Assembly (NCBI GenBank): GCA_023213395.1
Contig: CM041465.1
Span: 228,043,741 to 228,107,740 of the forward strand
Length of the DNA stretch: 64,000 nt
Direction of reading: 5' to 3'
From: Cycas panzhihuaensis
Lineage: Eukaryota > Plantae > Cycadophyta
Program-made: the position numbers and the translations under genes
Shown: positions 39,939 to 53,616 of the stretch, piece after piece
How positions within the stretch are numbered: the stretch's first letter is position 1
How the letters are laid out: the number at the start of each line of letters is the position of its first letter
The notes under the pieces: generated by a model
Told to the model about the DNA's origin: nothing
Databases searched by the model: none
Seen by the model: the letters and a program-made list of their open reading frames with translations, nothing else

Positions 39939-40638
39939 GTTATATAACGTGCCAGTAGACATTTTGATCATGAGATTTGTAGATACCTGGCCAACAATTC
40001 ATTTGAGTCATATTTCATAGTTTAGAGCTCTGTGGTTATTCTTTGAAGATGTTCTAAATCCCTTCATTTAGGATATTGATACACCCCAGATCAACATTTT
40101 AACTTTTTTTTGCACCCCCATGTTTTTGTGGAGTTGTGATTGTACTGCTGTTTTTTATTTTTTTATGGTACAATCAATTTTAACTCAGTGGCCACTTAGG
40201 AGGATTTCTTACTACATCCAGAGTGGTTTGTTCCCAATTTCTGCTAGTACGAGTAGCCCTCTTTCTGCGTTATTAGTTTCAACAATTTTGTAAGAGATTA
40301 GCATACTCTTTAACAGTTTTTGGAATTATAATGAAATCATATTGCCTGATCAAGCTCCTAAGAAGCTTCTTCATCGTTTGGGCAAGCAGCCTTGTGATGG
40401 ACCCAGCTGCCCCCAAATTTTTGGTTCCCATACGTGGTAATGATGAACTAAATTTCATTAATATTATCTAACTAAAGACTATATTGGTGTGAATGAAGTA
40501 TTTCTCTTTAAACACTTGCCTTTATATATTAATCAAAAACCAGACAAGGTGGTAATTGCGTAAGTATATCATCAGACCCTAAGGCCAATGAATGCATTTA
40601 GATGTCCTGCAACTTGGAAGTCCGAAATTACATGAGAG

Positions 40639-40726
40639 AGCATTCTATGCCTTTACAGCTGCTAGATACATAACTACTTCCAAGCATTCTATGCCTTTAC
40701 AGGTGCTAGATACATAACTACTTCCA
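40639..40726. repeat. 44-bp tandem duplication (1 mismatch)
   Basis: agcattctatgcctttacag(c/g)tgctagatacataactacttcca x2. Confidence 0.95.
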
Positions 40727-41952
40727 AAGCTTAAATATTAACCATTGGAGGCCACAGATTCCTTTACTTAGTTCTTTGCTGTAATGAAATGGTCCATGTA
40801 TTGACCTTTGGGGTCTAGTTGATCAATTTCCACTGAACATGGCTTGTTGGGGAACATTCTTTCAGATGCTGTCCTCCTGAATCCTGCTTGCTCCATTTCA
40901 TGAACTATGGATGTTGAGTTTTTCCATCTTGCTAGAAATGGTGTTGCTTCTTCCAATATTTGCAAGGATTTGTGGCACCAGGATGGACGGCTTGTCTGAT
41001 TTTAACATTCCCTAGTTAGGCACATTGTTCATGAATTTTTGCCATTGCATTGTATACTATCAATTAAGATATGGACATTGTTGATGTTATAAGATACCTT
41101 TAACCGACAGAAAATGAAGCCTCCTAAAGCATTGCTAGAAAGTTTATGGAGAGGGAAAATTTACAATATTTTATCCACTTTCCTGACCCACGGCTCCTTT
41201 TAAGGAAACATTATCATATCATGGAGCAAGGAAGTTGTACTATGTAATTTACAATTTTCATGTTCACTATTAAATAGAATAATTTAGAGCCAAAACAATT
41301 TGAGTCCTAGTAAGATACAAGGGAAGCTCTATGCAACAATGGTTAGCCTTCTTCAAGCAGAAAGAAGCTCCATCTCTGCCAAGATCGTCCAAACTTACTG
41401 CCAAAAAGCTCCATCATGACCAGACAGGCGACCATGGCGTTCACTAAACTGCACATAGTGGCAACAACAAGGGCTTTATATATGAGTGTACTACTAAGAA
41501 AAAGATTATCATACAAGATCAATACGTAATTGATGAATTTGGTAAAAGAAATGACGGACAAGTTAAGTGGAATGATGTCCTAATTCGAGCTTAGTATATC
41601 TAGTAAAGAACTGATGAGAAATTTATTGAAGTTATTTACGTTATGAAAAAATATTCCAAACCTTGACTACTAGCATAAGAAATAAATTATGGACTAATAA
41701 AAAGGGAGACAATAAATATATTTTTATTATAAATTTGAGATTATTATAGAAAAATATAATAAAAGAATAGTGCTAATAACATTAGTATCTTTAGAGTTTG
41801 TGTGGAGAACAAGCATGGAAAGTTTAGGATAGTCTTGGGATAGATAATTTTCAATTTGAATAGTTGTGAGAACATAAGGTTTAATTGGAAATTCTAAAAT
41901 TAAAATAAGCATTTGCATAATTATTTTCAACCATGAATTATGGCCAAAATTC

Positions 41953-41979
41953 GAGAGAGAGAGAGAGAGAGAGAGAGAG
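41953..41979. repeat. (GA)n microsatellite
   Basis: Direct inspection. Confidence 0.95.
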
Positions 41980-41984
41980 TCGCA

Positions 41985-43647
41985 TGACCTTGTTTAGAGC
42001 TAATCATAGGGCTATACATGTAGCTATATGACATGTTAAATGGCCATGTTTTATGGTGGTCCCCCATGGTAGTTGTATAATACTAGATGATGGTTGTACA
42101 ATCTGTAAAAGCTATAGTAATATAGTTATAAAAATTTATCATATGATCCACTACATCCCTCTACATGGGAGAATGTTGGAGGTGTTCATCTGTATTCATC
42201 TTATTTCATAAACTTGTCTTTCCATAGAGTTATCCTCTTCACTTGGCTTCCATGGCTAAATTGGTTCATTTTAAGTCCTTGCCCTTCTTGGCTTCATAAA
42301 ATGCCCTTCACCTTACATCTTCAATTTCATTATAGAACTAGAGTTAGAAAAGGTGTTCGTAGTATCCATGCTATCTAAAACACCCTAACCTTTGGAGGAT
42401 TTTTAGATAGATTTTTCATTTCAAGTATTTTATTGGTCAATTTCTGTTTCATAATCTCTCCCTATCTCAAGAGACCATTGTCCTTAATGAGACTTGCTTT
42501 TTTAACAAAAGAATCTTAGCTTAAGTGGTCTTAATAGATCTAATTACTATATCAAGTATTCATGTATTTCTTTGATGTTTAATTTTCTACCTCTAGTATG
42601 ATTATTAGACCATGTCTTACTTTTCCAACTTTGTGAATATCTATGTAGTTAGGCATGTTATTGTCAAGTCTTAAAATGCTTTCTTTAAGAATCTAATATA
42701 AGATGTAATTTGCATTTTAGTGTGCATAGGAAGGTATAATGTATATGCAGTTACATTCCCATTTTCAACAATTTGAAAGTGTTTATAATATTTATGAGAG
42801 AATTTAGTACATTTTCCCATAGATATAGATTCATTAAGTTTCATTCAAATAAACATAGGTTCTAATTTAAAAGGATTTCAAAGTCTTATTTTGATGTGTA
42901 TATAGTTTTATCCTATTTTAAGCTCTTTTCATATTTTTTTAATAGCCTTTTAATTCTTCATGCACCTCTTAGATATATGTCATACCACCAAAATTTTCAA
43001 GCTTCAATTTTAAAGGTGGATTATATCAATACATGGATTTTAAGAGAGTTCTATCAATAACTAAATGTTTGTTATTATTATATGAAAATTTAATAGACAA
43101 AAAATTATTTTCCTATGTAGTTTGCTTTACCACTATACGTGATTTAAGTATATCTTCCATGATTTGGTTTCTTCTTACAATTTGACTACCTGTAGATAAG
43201 GGAAATCTCCATTACTAAAATCATGTTTAGTACAAAGACTTGAAGAATTCTCTTTAAAGTTGTCTAGTGAACTTTGGATTTTTATTATTAATAATGGATT
43301 TGAAATTTTCATATTTACAAAGTATCCTATCTATTAAGAATTTATGATGTTTTACCTTTATATGTTAAACAACAAGATTTAAATACAATCATACTAGTGA
43401 GTCTATCTACGATTTGATCATGCCACTTTGTATTTTTAATAAATATATTACAAAATCTATTGATGTGCTTTGCCACTTTCATTTAAGCATATGTAAAAGC
43501 ATTAATAGCATAGCTTACATGTCTTTTATAGTTTTGTTAACTTGACATTGTTCACAAACCTATAATCTTCTATTTCTCCATTCATGTTTTTGAAATAAAC
43601 ATGTTTCTTAATGTTTCTTTTAGAGACTTTTGCTTATGCTAACATGG
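41985..43647 (-). mobile_element. Ancient chromovirus-like Gypsy, piece 1: integrase C-half, chromodomain-like tail, PPT and probable 3' LTR
   Basis: Minus-strand CEQCQVNK, GSQIVRRNQIMEDILKS (cf. GQTERVNQxLEDMLR), KFSHKYYKHFQI..AYTLYLP (GPF motif) and RKLNIKEIHEYLI (chromodomain-like). Purine tract GGGAGAGA at ~42455. LTR limits are uncertain. Confidence 0.7.
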
Positions 43648-44492
43648 TGTTGGAGAGAAATTTGGCACATAAACTGTAAAAAAGCTAGTATGCAAGCTTG
43701 TACTGATTAGAAAAGTGTAAGTACGGACCATACAAAAGTACATATGAGAGGAAAAATTAGAATGCATGATAACTAGGTATGCAAAATAGGATATGTACCT
43801 TTTCAGGTACGCTAGCAAATGAAATGATACATATAATAGAAAGGAATCGAAGGGTGCCCAAATCTAATGATGTCAGCCAAAACGGGAGTATGTACGGATG
43901 AAAAGGAAGCCATTAGAGGTGACTAATCATATGATTAAGTGAAAGGGTATGTTGATAATAAAAAGGTATAGTTATGACTTGGGGTTGTAGCCATTCACTC
44001 AAAGGGCGCCAGAAGGAAGCATTTAAAGGTACCTTTCTTATCAATTCAACAATGAGAGCCAAGCATTCATTCCATGAGTCAATTCAAAAGCCAAAGTACT
44101 AAGAAGGACAGTACAGTTAGGTGAACCAACAGATACATTCCCTGATGCATTCTCTTTTTGGAATGCATATGATAGTATAGTATGTATATGACTGGAATGT
44201 ATGCACGATACATTTTAGAACAGAATGTACTGATCTTATTGCTTAATAAAGAGAAAGTTACGAGAAAATATTGTGTATTATGTGTATTGTACTAATTGCA
44301 TGAAGGGTATATGATGATTAATGTACTACTTTGGTAGAATAATGATGAATATATAATGATTTGTTCCTTTCATATTGTGTGTAAAGTGATTATAATGGAA
44401 TATGAATATGTTGACTTATCCTAAACTAGATTACTAACCAATGATCCCTTAACAAATGAACTTATTTGGATAGTATGATTGTAAAGTCAACA
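43648..44492 (+). repeat. 5' LTR (845 bp)
   Basis: TG..CA; colinear with 53617-54440. Confidence 0.93.
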
Positions 44493-44493
44493 T

Positions 44494-44550
44494 TGGTTCC
44501 ATTGCCTACATCCATAGAGGAGGGTTCCATTGCCTACGTCCATAGAGGAG
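44494..44550 (+). promoter_or_regulatory. tRNA-Glu-type PBS, tandemly duplicated in a 28-bp unit
   Basis: TGGTTCCATTGCC (cf. TGGTTCCGTTGCC, the complement of the plant tRNA-Glu 3' end). Unit ggttccattgcctac(a/g)tccatagaggag occurs twice. Confidence 0.7.
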
Positions 44551-44589
44551 GGATCGGGCTAGGAGTTTCATAAGGAAAGCATGCTTAAA

Positions 44590-47500
44590 TGACAAGGAAA
44601 CCTAGCTATCGCCATGATGGTAGGTTATAACTAAACCCTCGACAACTAAGGGACCTTTCAATGCCACCTAAGAGGCCTTCAAAAGAGAAAGAGCCACAAG
44701 ATGGTACTTCACTTAAGGGAAAATAATCAAGCAAACAAAGGGCACTATAATGGTTTAAAGAATCTAAATTAAGAAGGAAAAGTAAATTGAGCCTAAATAA
44801 TAACGAGACTAAGGGACAATCCATTGAAGAATTTGAGGCAAGTGGAGCCTAGACACCTCAAGAATAGGGAAAAAAAAGAAATGGAGAACAAATGGTACTA
44901 ACACCTATCCCAATTAGATCTGCCCTTATAAGCCTAAAAAAAGTAGAAAGTTCACCAAGGAAAATTAGATCAAAGTGACATTACAAATGAAACGCTAAGG
45001 GAGGAGCAACATATAAACATGGATAATACCCCGAAGGACATGACTGATAACGAGAAAAAGGCAAAGGAAGGTCCCTTGGTATATTGAAAAAATAAATTAA
45101 TCAGGCATCTATTTAAAGATTCATCAAATAAGGGGTTTGAGTAATCATATTTAGTGGTCATGCCATTGCTGATACAAGTGCTAAGAGTACCTGACTCTAT
45201 TCATTTAAAAATATCGTTTCAAAACCCTCTATTTAGGAGAGATAGTACTACACCAAGCACACCAAATACATCACCCAAAACAAATAATGAGAAGAAGGGA
45301 ATAATCTCCAAAGAAGTCAAACTCAGAGGAAGAAAGGTCATCGTCACTAAGAGGGACATCAGTGCAGTCACCAAGGATGGATGACTTAAGAGACTTTGGG
45401 AAGTTATTTTTTAATGACGCATCCGATGCAACAAAACATGTGTTTATTTTAGAATTTGATTAATATGAAAAAAATCACAAATGAGGAGGAGATAAAGGCA
45501 AGGTTTGTTTGTACATTAAGGGAAGTACCATTAACATGGTACAAAAAACTAAATAAAACAGAAGCTTAGGCAAATATAAGGAAGCCATTTGGGGAAAGAT
45601 TTTAGAATTTTTGCAATAATGAGGTTGTTGAGATTACTTTTAGAGAGATAAAATAAATGCTTGATAAATCAGTACTAACTTATATTAGTTGTATGAAAAT
45701 AATCGCTACCAACATTATTAATAAGACAATAACAGACCACAACATGAAAATTACTTTGTTAGATATCTTAATGAAAAATTGAGATCCATGATACATTGGC
45801 ATACCTTAAAGTCTTTTAAAAATGCTTAGGAGTTAACACCAGATTTTAAAGCTGAAATAGATACCCAAGCTAGAGGGCATGATCCCTTATTACTCAGATT
45901 ACAAGATGAAATTTGATAAATAAAACAGAATCAACATAATCGATCCCTCTGCCAAATGGAAAAATCAGAAGAAGAATCAAATATTGAAGCTCTAAAAAAA
46001 GAAGTAGCAAGATTAAAGATGAAGAATAAGGAGAAGGAAGAAGAAACCAAGAAAAAAATTAAGAATTCAAAATTGAAAAATGGTGTCATGTGTATGAAGA
46101 AAACTTGTATACAACAAAAGAATATGATATAAACCCAAAAATAGTGTAATACATCAAAGGGACAAATGGTGTCATATATGTGACATGGATAGTCATAATA
46201 CAAGGGATTGTTTCTATAACCCTAGAGGAAGACGTTATAGAGGATGTGGTTAGGAAAGAGGAAGCAACCCACCCATGAATGTATATACAACGAGAAGTAT
46301 ACCGAAAACTTCAAAGAAAAATCAATCGATGGGAAGATACTTAATATGTTTACAATTCGATCATTAGAAGCCAGGTTGCCTGACCAAACATGATTGTGAA
46401 CACAAACCATTTATGTACAACAGCTATGGTCTAGGTGAATATAAAATAGAAGAGTATAAAGACAAAGCAAAAATGACCAATTTAATAACCATCAATCTAG
46501 AAAACAACAAAATTGTTAAACTTCATAACAAACAGAAGGGGAAAGAGGTAGTAAGTGAAGATTATCCAAATCCTAAAGTGGAAATCAATCGATTCAAGTA
46601 AGTGAAACAAGTATTAGAGAAACTAACTCAAAAGGAAACAAAAACGATGCTACCGATGGGCAAACAAAAAACAAAGTATAAACCAAAGGAGAAAAAACCA
46701 GAAGAGCAGAAGATACAACCTCAGTTGGTTCAAATGGAGGAATTGTTTAAAGGTCCACCAATGGAAAACATTCCTTAGATGTTGTTGCTAATGGAAAATC
46801 TAGTGAAACAACTATAATTAGCGATTCTCTTATATGAATTGATAGATTAGATTAAGACAGGGATATTGTAATAGAGGGAAAATATAAAAAGTTTAAAGAA
46901 AATAATGCTATCATTTGACTTGGATCCTATGGTCACAATTATAGTGTTAGGAGAGAAATTCTCAAAAGTGATTGTAGATAGAGGAGCAATAATGAATATG
47001 TTGCCCACCACAACTTGGCGAAAATTAGGAAGCCCTAAGTTAGAAGCTATAACCTACTCATTAAAACTAGCAAATGAATGACTAGTGAGACCAATCGGGA
47101 AGATAGGCAATATAAAAGTGGATGTGGTAGGAATCGCAGTCTAAATTGACTTTACAATTGTCGAGACAAATGAATGAGCTATACTTTATCTACCATTATT
47201 AGAAAGACCATGGTTGTACAAGACCTAATGTCTCCAAAGTTAGAGGGATGTAACCTTCACACCATTTGACAGAGAAAGTGAAATGAAGTCCTCCTGATGT
47301 TAGAAAAAAATTCGATTGAGGCGATACCGGACGATGCCTTAAGCACAACTATTGTAAGTAAAGAAATTGCATCTTCTTTTAATAAAAGTAATTTATATCA
47401 CATGACAAAAGAACAGGTAAAACTGATTAATTCTCAAGAGATGGAGTTGACTTTCTTTGAGGAAATTGACAACTCTTCCGATGATAAGAGTGTAATAAAG

Positions 47501-50500
47501 TTTGTGGATTATTAGTTACAAGATGCATATAAAGTCAATCCCTCATCATATAGGTGTAACTTACTTTCTATGAATGTAACTAATGACATTAATATTAATT
47601 ATAAATCTTTGATTATGTGAATGTTGATAATAACATAAAAAGTAGTGTAGGAGAAGATGTTAATATGATTCAAACCTTAGACCCAAACCCCAATACCCTT
47701 CCTAATCTAAATCCTTTATATAATTTATCCTTTGATAACTCCATTTCCCTTAACCCTAACCCTTTCTCTACCTTTGGTGTGGGTTTCGAGGTAGATCGCC
47801 CTTCCCCATCCTTGTCTTAGCCCAAGGAAGGAAGTAACAAACTTTCCTTATCATTTTTAGAGGTACACCCACCCAATAAAAGGTCCTTTTCAACCATTGG
47901 CACCAAATCTGAGGGGGAAAAAAAAGGAATTTACTGAGAGTATTTCTAGACATTCTGATCCAAAAAACAAAATTGTCATTCTAGAAGAAAGAAGTTATGA
48001 GAAATATATTGGAGATTATGTGAAGTCCTTTTATAGAGAATAACTATATAGAACTACCCACTTAATGCATTGTATAAAATATTTGATAGGAGAAGGAATC
48101 ATAAACAAAGTTCAATAAGAGTTATATTTTGTGTTAACACTGAGGGGGCTTGTATGGTATCAATACTTAGCCCACCATGCTACTTTCAAAAATTGGAAAG
48201 AATTATAAACTGGCTTCAAAACTCAATTTGATCATCCTAAACAATTAAATATTCTATTATTTTACATAGGAGACTGCCCAAATAAGCATTCTAAAGATGT
48301 AAGTAGGAATGGATAATTTAAATCTTGCCTAGGAAAACTTTGAGTAATCTTTTCTATTCTACCTTAGACCAAATGGCAAAAAATTGGTTTATAGGGAATA
48401 ATAAACCTTGGATATCACATGGAGTAATCTCAAGAACTCCTTTATAAAAATATTTTCACATATGTCTGACAACAAGAAAATTGACAAAGTACTTAAGGTA
48501 ATTATAGAACTAAGTATAAAAATAGAACAAAGAACAATATCATTAGTACATAAAAAGGAAAGTAGGGAATTAGAGGATGAAAAAGAAGAAAACCATAACT
48601 ATCCCCTAGAGTTTACAAAGATTAACTACAACAAAAGGAGGATTGAAGACACCCCTACTCATCATGTCAGTGAACAAAAAGGCATCAAAGTAACAAAAGT
48701 GGAAATAATAACTAAAATCAACTTGGGAATAAAAGAAGACCCAAAGAATATACGAATTGGTAATTATTGGGATGATAAGATCGTAGCATAGGCCTAATAG
48801 TTATTTGAAAATTTTCACAATGTTTTTGCATGGTCCTACAAAGATTTGAAAGGCATTCCTCTAGAAATAGGAATGCATCATATTGATCTTATTGAGAGAG
48901 CCAAACCAGTAAAATACAGACCTTATTATATGAACCCAAAATATAAAGAAAAAGTCAAAACTAAAATAAATAAAATGTTGGAAGTATGATACATTTATGA
49001 AATTGACTACAGTGATTGGGTGAGTGTAGTAGTGGTAGTCCCAAAGAAGTGTGGGAAGATACATGTTTGTATGGACTATATACAACTCAATAGCGTAATA
49101 AAAAAAGATCCCTTTCCACTACCATTCACAGAGGATGTTTTGTAAATAGTAGGAGGACATGAAATGTATTCCTTCACAAATGGATTTAGTGGATACAATC
49201 AAGTTTAAATTACCCTAAAAGATCAAGCAAAAACAACTTTTATTATGGAATGGAAAACATACACGTACAAGGTAATGCCTTTTGGCCTTACCAATGCCTC
49301 AGCAACATTCCAATAAATTGTTATAAACATTTATCGCAAAATGATTGAAGATAAAGTAATAGTTTTTCTAGATGATTGGACATTGTATGGATTCATGTAA
49401 ATCCACAAGAATAATCTAAGAGAAATATTATAAACCTATTGGGAAGGCAAGTTATGTTTAAATCCAGAGAAATGTATCATTTTAGTACCTTTTGGGAACC
49501 TGTTAGGGCATATTATGAGCATGTAAGAATTATTAACGGATCTGGCTAAAGTTTCAACAATCCTATATTTTCTAATACCAATTACAAGGAAGTAGTTAAA
49601 AAGATTCCTATGATTAATAGAATACTACAAAAAAATTATCAGAGGATATGCATGTATATCAAGAGCTCTAGAAGAATTGTTAAAAAAGGATATGGATTAG
49701 GAATAGAGTATCAAGTAACAACATGCTTTTGAATCCTTGAAAAAAGTAATCATATCTGTCCCAATATTAATATTTTTAAATTAGAAAAAAATCTTTCATG
49801 AATACGTCACCATTGGATGTGTGTTGGCCTAACCAAGTGATGATAAGGTGGATTATCCTATTTATTTTGTAAGTAGAAAGTAGATGAAGGCCAAACAAAA
49901 CTATACCACAATAAAAAGAGAAGCACTTGGAATGGTCTATACATTGCAAAAATTTTAACATTACTTACTGTCTAATCCATTCATATTTTTTGTGGACCAC
50001 CAAGCCCTTATATATTTGGTAAACAAATCTATAATAAAAAGGAAAATTAGTAGATGAGTTACGTTATTCCAGGAGCTCCCATTTAAAATAATGGTGAAAC
50101 TAGGAGAGCTCATATGATACCAAACCAATTATCAAGGATTACCAATGAGAAAAAAGTAATAAGAGTACTTGATGATTTTCTAGACACAATATTATTCAGT
50201 GTAGAAGCAGTTCCAATAAAATGGTATGAGAGAATACTATAATATCTAGCAATAGGTGAACTACCCATAAGGATGGATAGAACAAAGTGAAGGAATTTTA
50301 TACGGAAAGTTAACCTTATTAATTAATCAAAGGAGAATTACATAAATTGGAACCAAATGAGGTACTATGATGACGTATGAAATCACATAAAATTGATCAA
50401 ATCATGGCTCAAACACACAAGGGAGTAGCAGAAGGCCATATGGAAAAAATGGTAACATAGAGAAAAGTGTTAACATCAATATTCTAGTGGCCATCGATGT

Positions 50501-51470
50501 TCGAAGATGTGAAAAAATGGATACAAAAATATGACTATTACCAAAGAGTAGGGAAACCTAATTGATAAGATTTCCAACCACTTCATCATATTCTACCTTT
50601 GGCACCATTTAAAAAATGGGGACTTGACTTTGTTAGACCATTCAACCTAATCACTCGGTGTTCCTAAGCCTACTTTATCCTAGTTTTAATAGATTATATA
50701 ACCAAATGGGTAGAAATACGACCACTCAGGAAAACTGATTCAAAAAGCACAACCTAATTCTTATATATAAAGTAATTATAACACTTTAGATGTCTATTAG
50801 AAATTGTAAGCAACCAAGGAGCTCATTTCTTAAATTATACCATAGAAATATTGACACCAACCTTCATGATTAGTCATAAAAAATCTGCACCATATAACCC
50901 AAGAGCCAACGGACAGAAAGAAAGTTCTAACAAAATCATAGAAAATTGTTTATAGAAAATCTATGATGTGGGAAGATTAGATTAGGCTAAGAAATTACCC
51001 TCAGTGTTATGGGTATTTAGAACAACATATAAGAGATCAACTAGACAAACACCATTTTAGCTAGTATATGGGATTGAATCCATCCTCCCAATCAAATTTA
51101 AAATTCCAAGTTTGAGGTTAGCTATGCAATGTTGATTGCATAACTTCTATTTCTTACAAAAGAGATTGAAGGAGTTAGTACAATTAGAAGAAACAAGGCA
51201 CATGGCTAAGTGGTTGTAAGAAATAGAGAAGACATGATGAAAATCATTGCACGGTCATCATCTATGAATGTCATAGTTTAAAGAAGGTGATCAAGTACTA
51301 CTATATGATAGTAATTTTAATACACACCCTAGGAAATTAAAAATGCAATGGTTGAGACCATACATCACTAAAAATATATTTGAAAATGGTTGAATACACT
51401 TCATGAGATTAATGGACCCTTGTTACCAACTTAGGTGAATGACAAACAACTAAATTTCTATCTTAGCTAA
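44590..51470 (+). pseudogene. gag-pol pseudogene
   Basis: Gag core RFVCTLREVPLTWY (~45500). Zn knuckle WCHICDMDSHNTRDC (46167-46211) plus an eroded one at 46081. Protease VIVDRGAIMNML..LLERPWL (~46970-47220). RT NGFSGYNQ, MPFGLTNA, VFLDDW. RH FVDHQAL. INT KWGLDFV, NPRANGQ, HPRKLKMQWLRPY. Start is approximate. Confidence 0.9.
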
Positions 51471-52157
51471 GGTATATTAGCCTACCAAATGAATTGCTTG
51501 GTTCTACCATAAAATATTGCTTAAAGTTGAAGGTAATCAGATTGCCTCGATGTCGAAACATAATTCAATTTGGTATGTAAATTTGAAAAAATATAAAAAA
51601 ATAAAATAAACAAGTTGTAACTCATATCATACATATAAGCAATATGATAAAATGTGGAGGAAAGATGTATTATCATGAGAAAGGTCAAGGGAAAAATAAA
51701 TAAATTGGGAAAAATCATTAGAAAAAACCAAGTATTTTGTGTACATACCTATAAAAATATACTATACATACCAAAAAACCATGTTAGCTAGTATGTAGGG
51801 TTAACGATGGTATAAAAGTAATCAAAATACATTATACATACCAAAAAAATATGCTATCAGGTATACATAAAATAAAATATCAAAAAGACAAACATATATT
51901 ATACATACCTATAAGCATTTCCACATGGTACATGGGGCGAAAAATAGGAGAAGATAGCTAAAATTTGAATCCAACATCAATCTAGTAAAGACCAAAGGTT
52001 TCAAAGAAGGAAAAGGATACAAATTTTAGCCCAAAAATTAAACAATTTAGCAAGGAACATCATTCATTCCTAAAATAGTATACGCATAGGGTTCCGTACC
52101 TTTTTTTTTTCTTGTCAGTACTTATATTAGTTCCTAGTTTTCTATAAAATTCCTAGC

Positions 52158-53520
52158 ATGAAGATGGCGGGGTGCTAGGAGATATTCTTACCTAAATTAA
52201 AGAAAAATTTTGAGGGATTACCTACTCTATTTAAAGCCAAAGTGAAATAGGAAGGCTAGGAAGAGTATATATAACTAAGTACTCCCTCTTGGGATTAAGA
52301 GTTAATGGAACTTATATTAATGGAATTAAAGAAGAATTTAGAAAAAGTTAAACTTGATGCAAAAACCATTCACATAATCATTGGACTTCTAAAGGAAGGA
52401 ACGGTCCTAATTACTATAAAAAAGTCAAAAGTAGATTGAGAATCTTGGCTAAGGGAATTTTACCAAGATAACACCTAAATATTGTCAGGTGGTATTCAAG
52501 TGGTAGATATTAAGGATATAAGACTTTAATAGATAACAAAAGTTATAAATACAAGATTCTTATCTAAAAGAAAATACGCATACATCCAACTAGGAATGAT
52601 GTCAATACTACCAAGGGTTTATGATGGAGAACAACTAAATTGCTCTAAATTTTTGGCAGTAAATATGAACTAAAAAATAAAGGAGGTAATGATACATCCC
52701 TTCAAACACCCCTCCTTATTTTTGAAAATTTTGATATATTAATGTCTAAGAATGTAACCTCTCAAACTACCCATTCGCCTGCATAAGTCATTGATGAAAT
52801 AGTGGGTAAATAGATTTCTAGAAAATACACAAGATATAGAAATTTAAAAAATGAATGAAAAATGAAATAACATAGATTTTAAAGTATCTATAGTAGACTC
52901 TAAGCACTTCCATCCCATATCGTACCAAACAATGTAGTGAGCCTCCCCCACATATTAGTGAGGGCTATGACCCTCCATTATATGAGGATTAATAGGATTG
53001 GTTTACATAAAGGTAGGAATATAATAATATGGGGATGAGTGTTATATATACCCTGCTCTATTGTAAAGAGAGAGATATGATACAATGATACGTTAATGGA
53101 TGTTCTTCGGAACCCTACCTTATTCTTTCATCTTATTTCTTTTATTTCTCTTTATATTTCTTTATATTGATTTGGTTATAGGATTAGGCATGTAACAAAT
53201 AAGCAATACGAAAAAGTTCCAAGAGAAGACAAGATAAAGAGGAATAGGAAGAAGAAGTTGAAGGAGAACCTTCACTGGAATAATGGACTAAATTTCCACC
53301 CACAATGGAGGCAAGGGAAACATCATCCCAACTTGCTCAGATAGAAGGGAAAACATAGGAAATAATTTGAATGATTGAAGAAATGGAGGCAAAATACAAG
53401 GGAGAGATAATTTCCCTATAGGAGAAAAACAAGGAAAAAGACGCCATTATTACAACCCTTACTCAAATAAATAAAGAAAATTTGGCCACACAATACTCAG
53501 CATCAAAGCAAAGGTGACAG
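52158..53520 (+). pseudogene. Degenerate extra ORF in the 3' region (sense; unknown function, coiled-coil C-terminus), interrupted by a solo LTR
   Basis: Coding-like purine-rich text from ATGAAGATGGCG at ~52158, with CAR>TAR-type stops. It resumes after 53197 with K/E/R-rich and heptad-like sequence. No recognisable domain. Confidence 0.45.
52933..53197 (+). mobile_element. 265-bp solo LTR nested in the Gypsy 3' region
   Basis: TGTAGTGAG...GCATGTAACA termini, internal TATATATACCC, flanks AACAA / AATAA (5-bp TSD with one transition). Confidence 0.7.
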
Positions 53521-53616
53521 GAGCATCCTTAAGATAAAGTGGAGGAGAAGGATACCCTTTTTTTTTTAATTTAGATAAGTAGGGATGCTCAACTCTTTTT
53601 GTTTACTTGAGATAGA

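Noticed and set aside
40830-41440. Possible miRNA precursor
   Set aside because: Repeats there are direct (agctccatc, ctgccaa), not fold-back, and no conserved plant miRNA sequence was recognised.
47676-47765. aaccct/aacccta repeats as interstitial telomere
   Set aside because: Short, imperfect, and explained by a PNPN-rich linker in pol.
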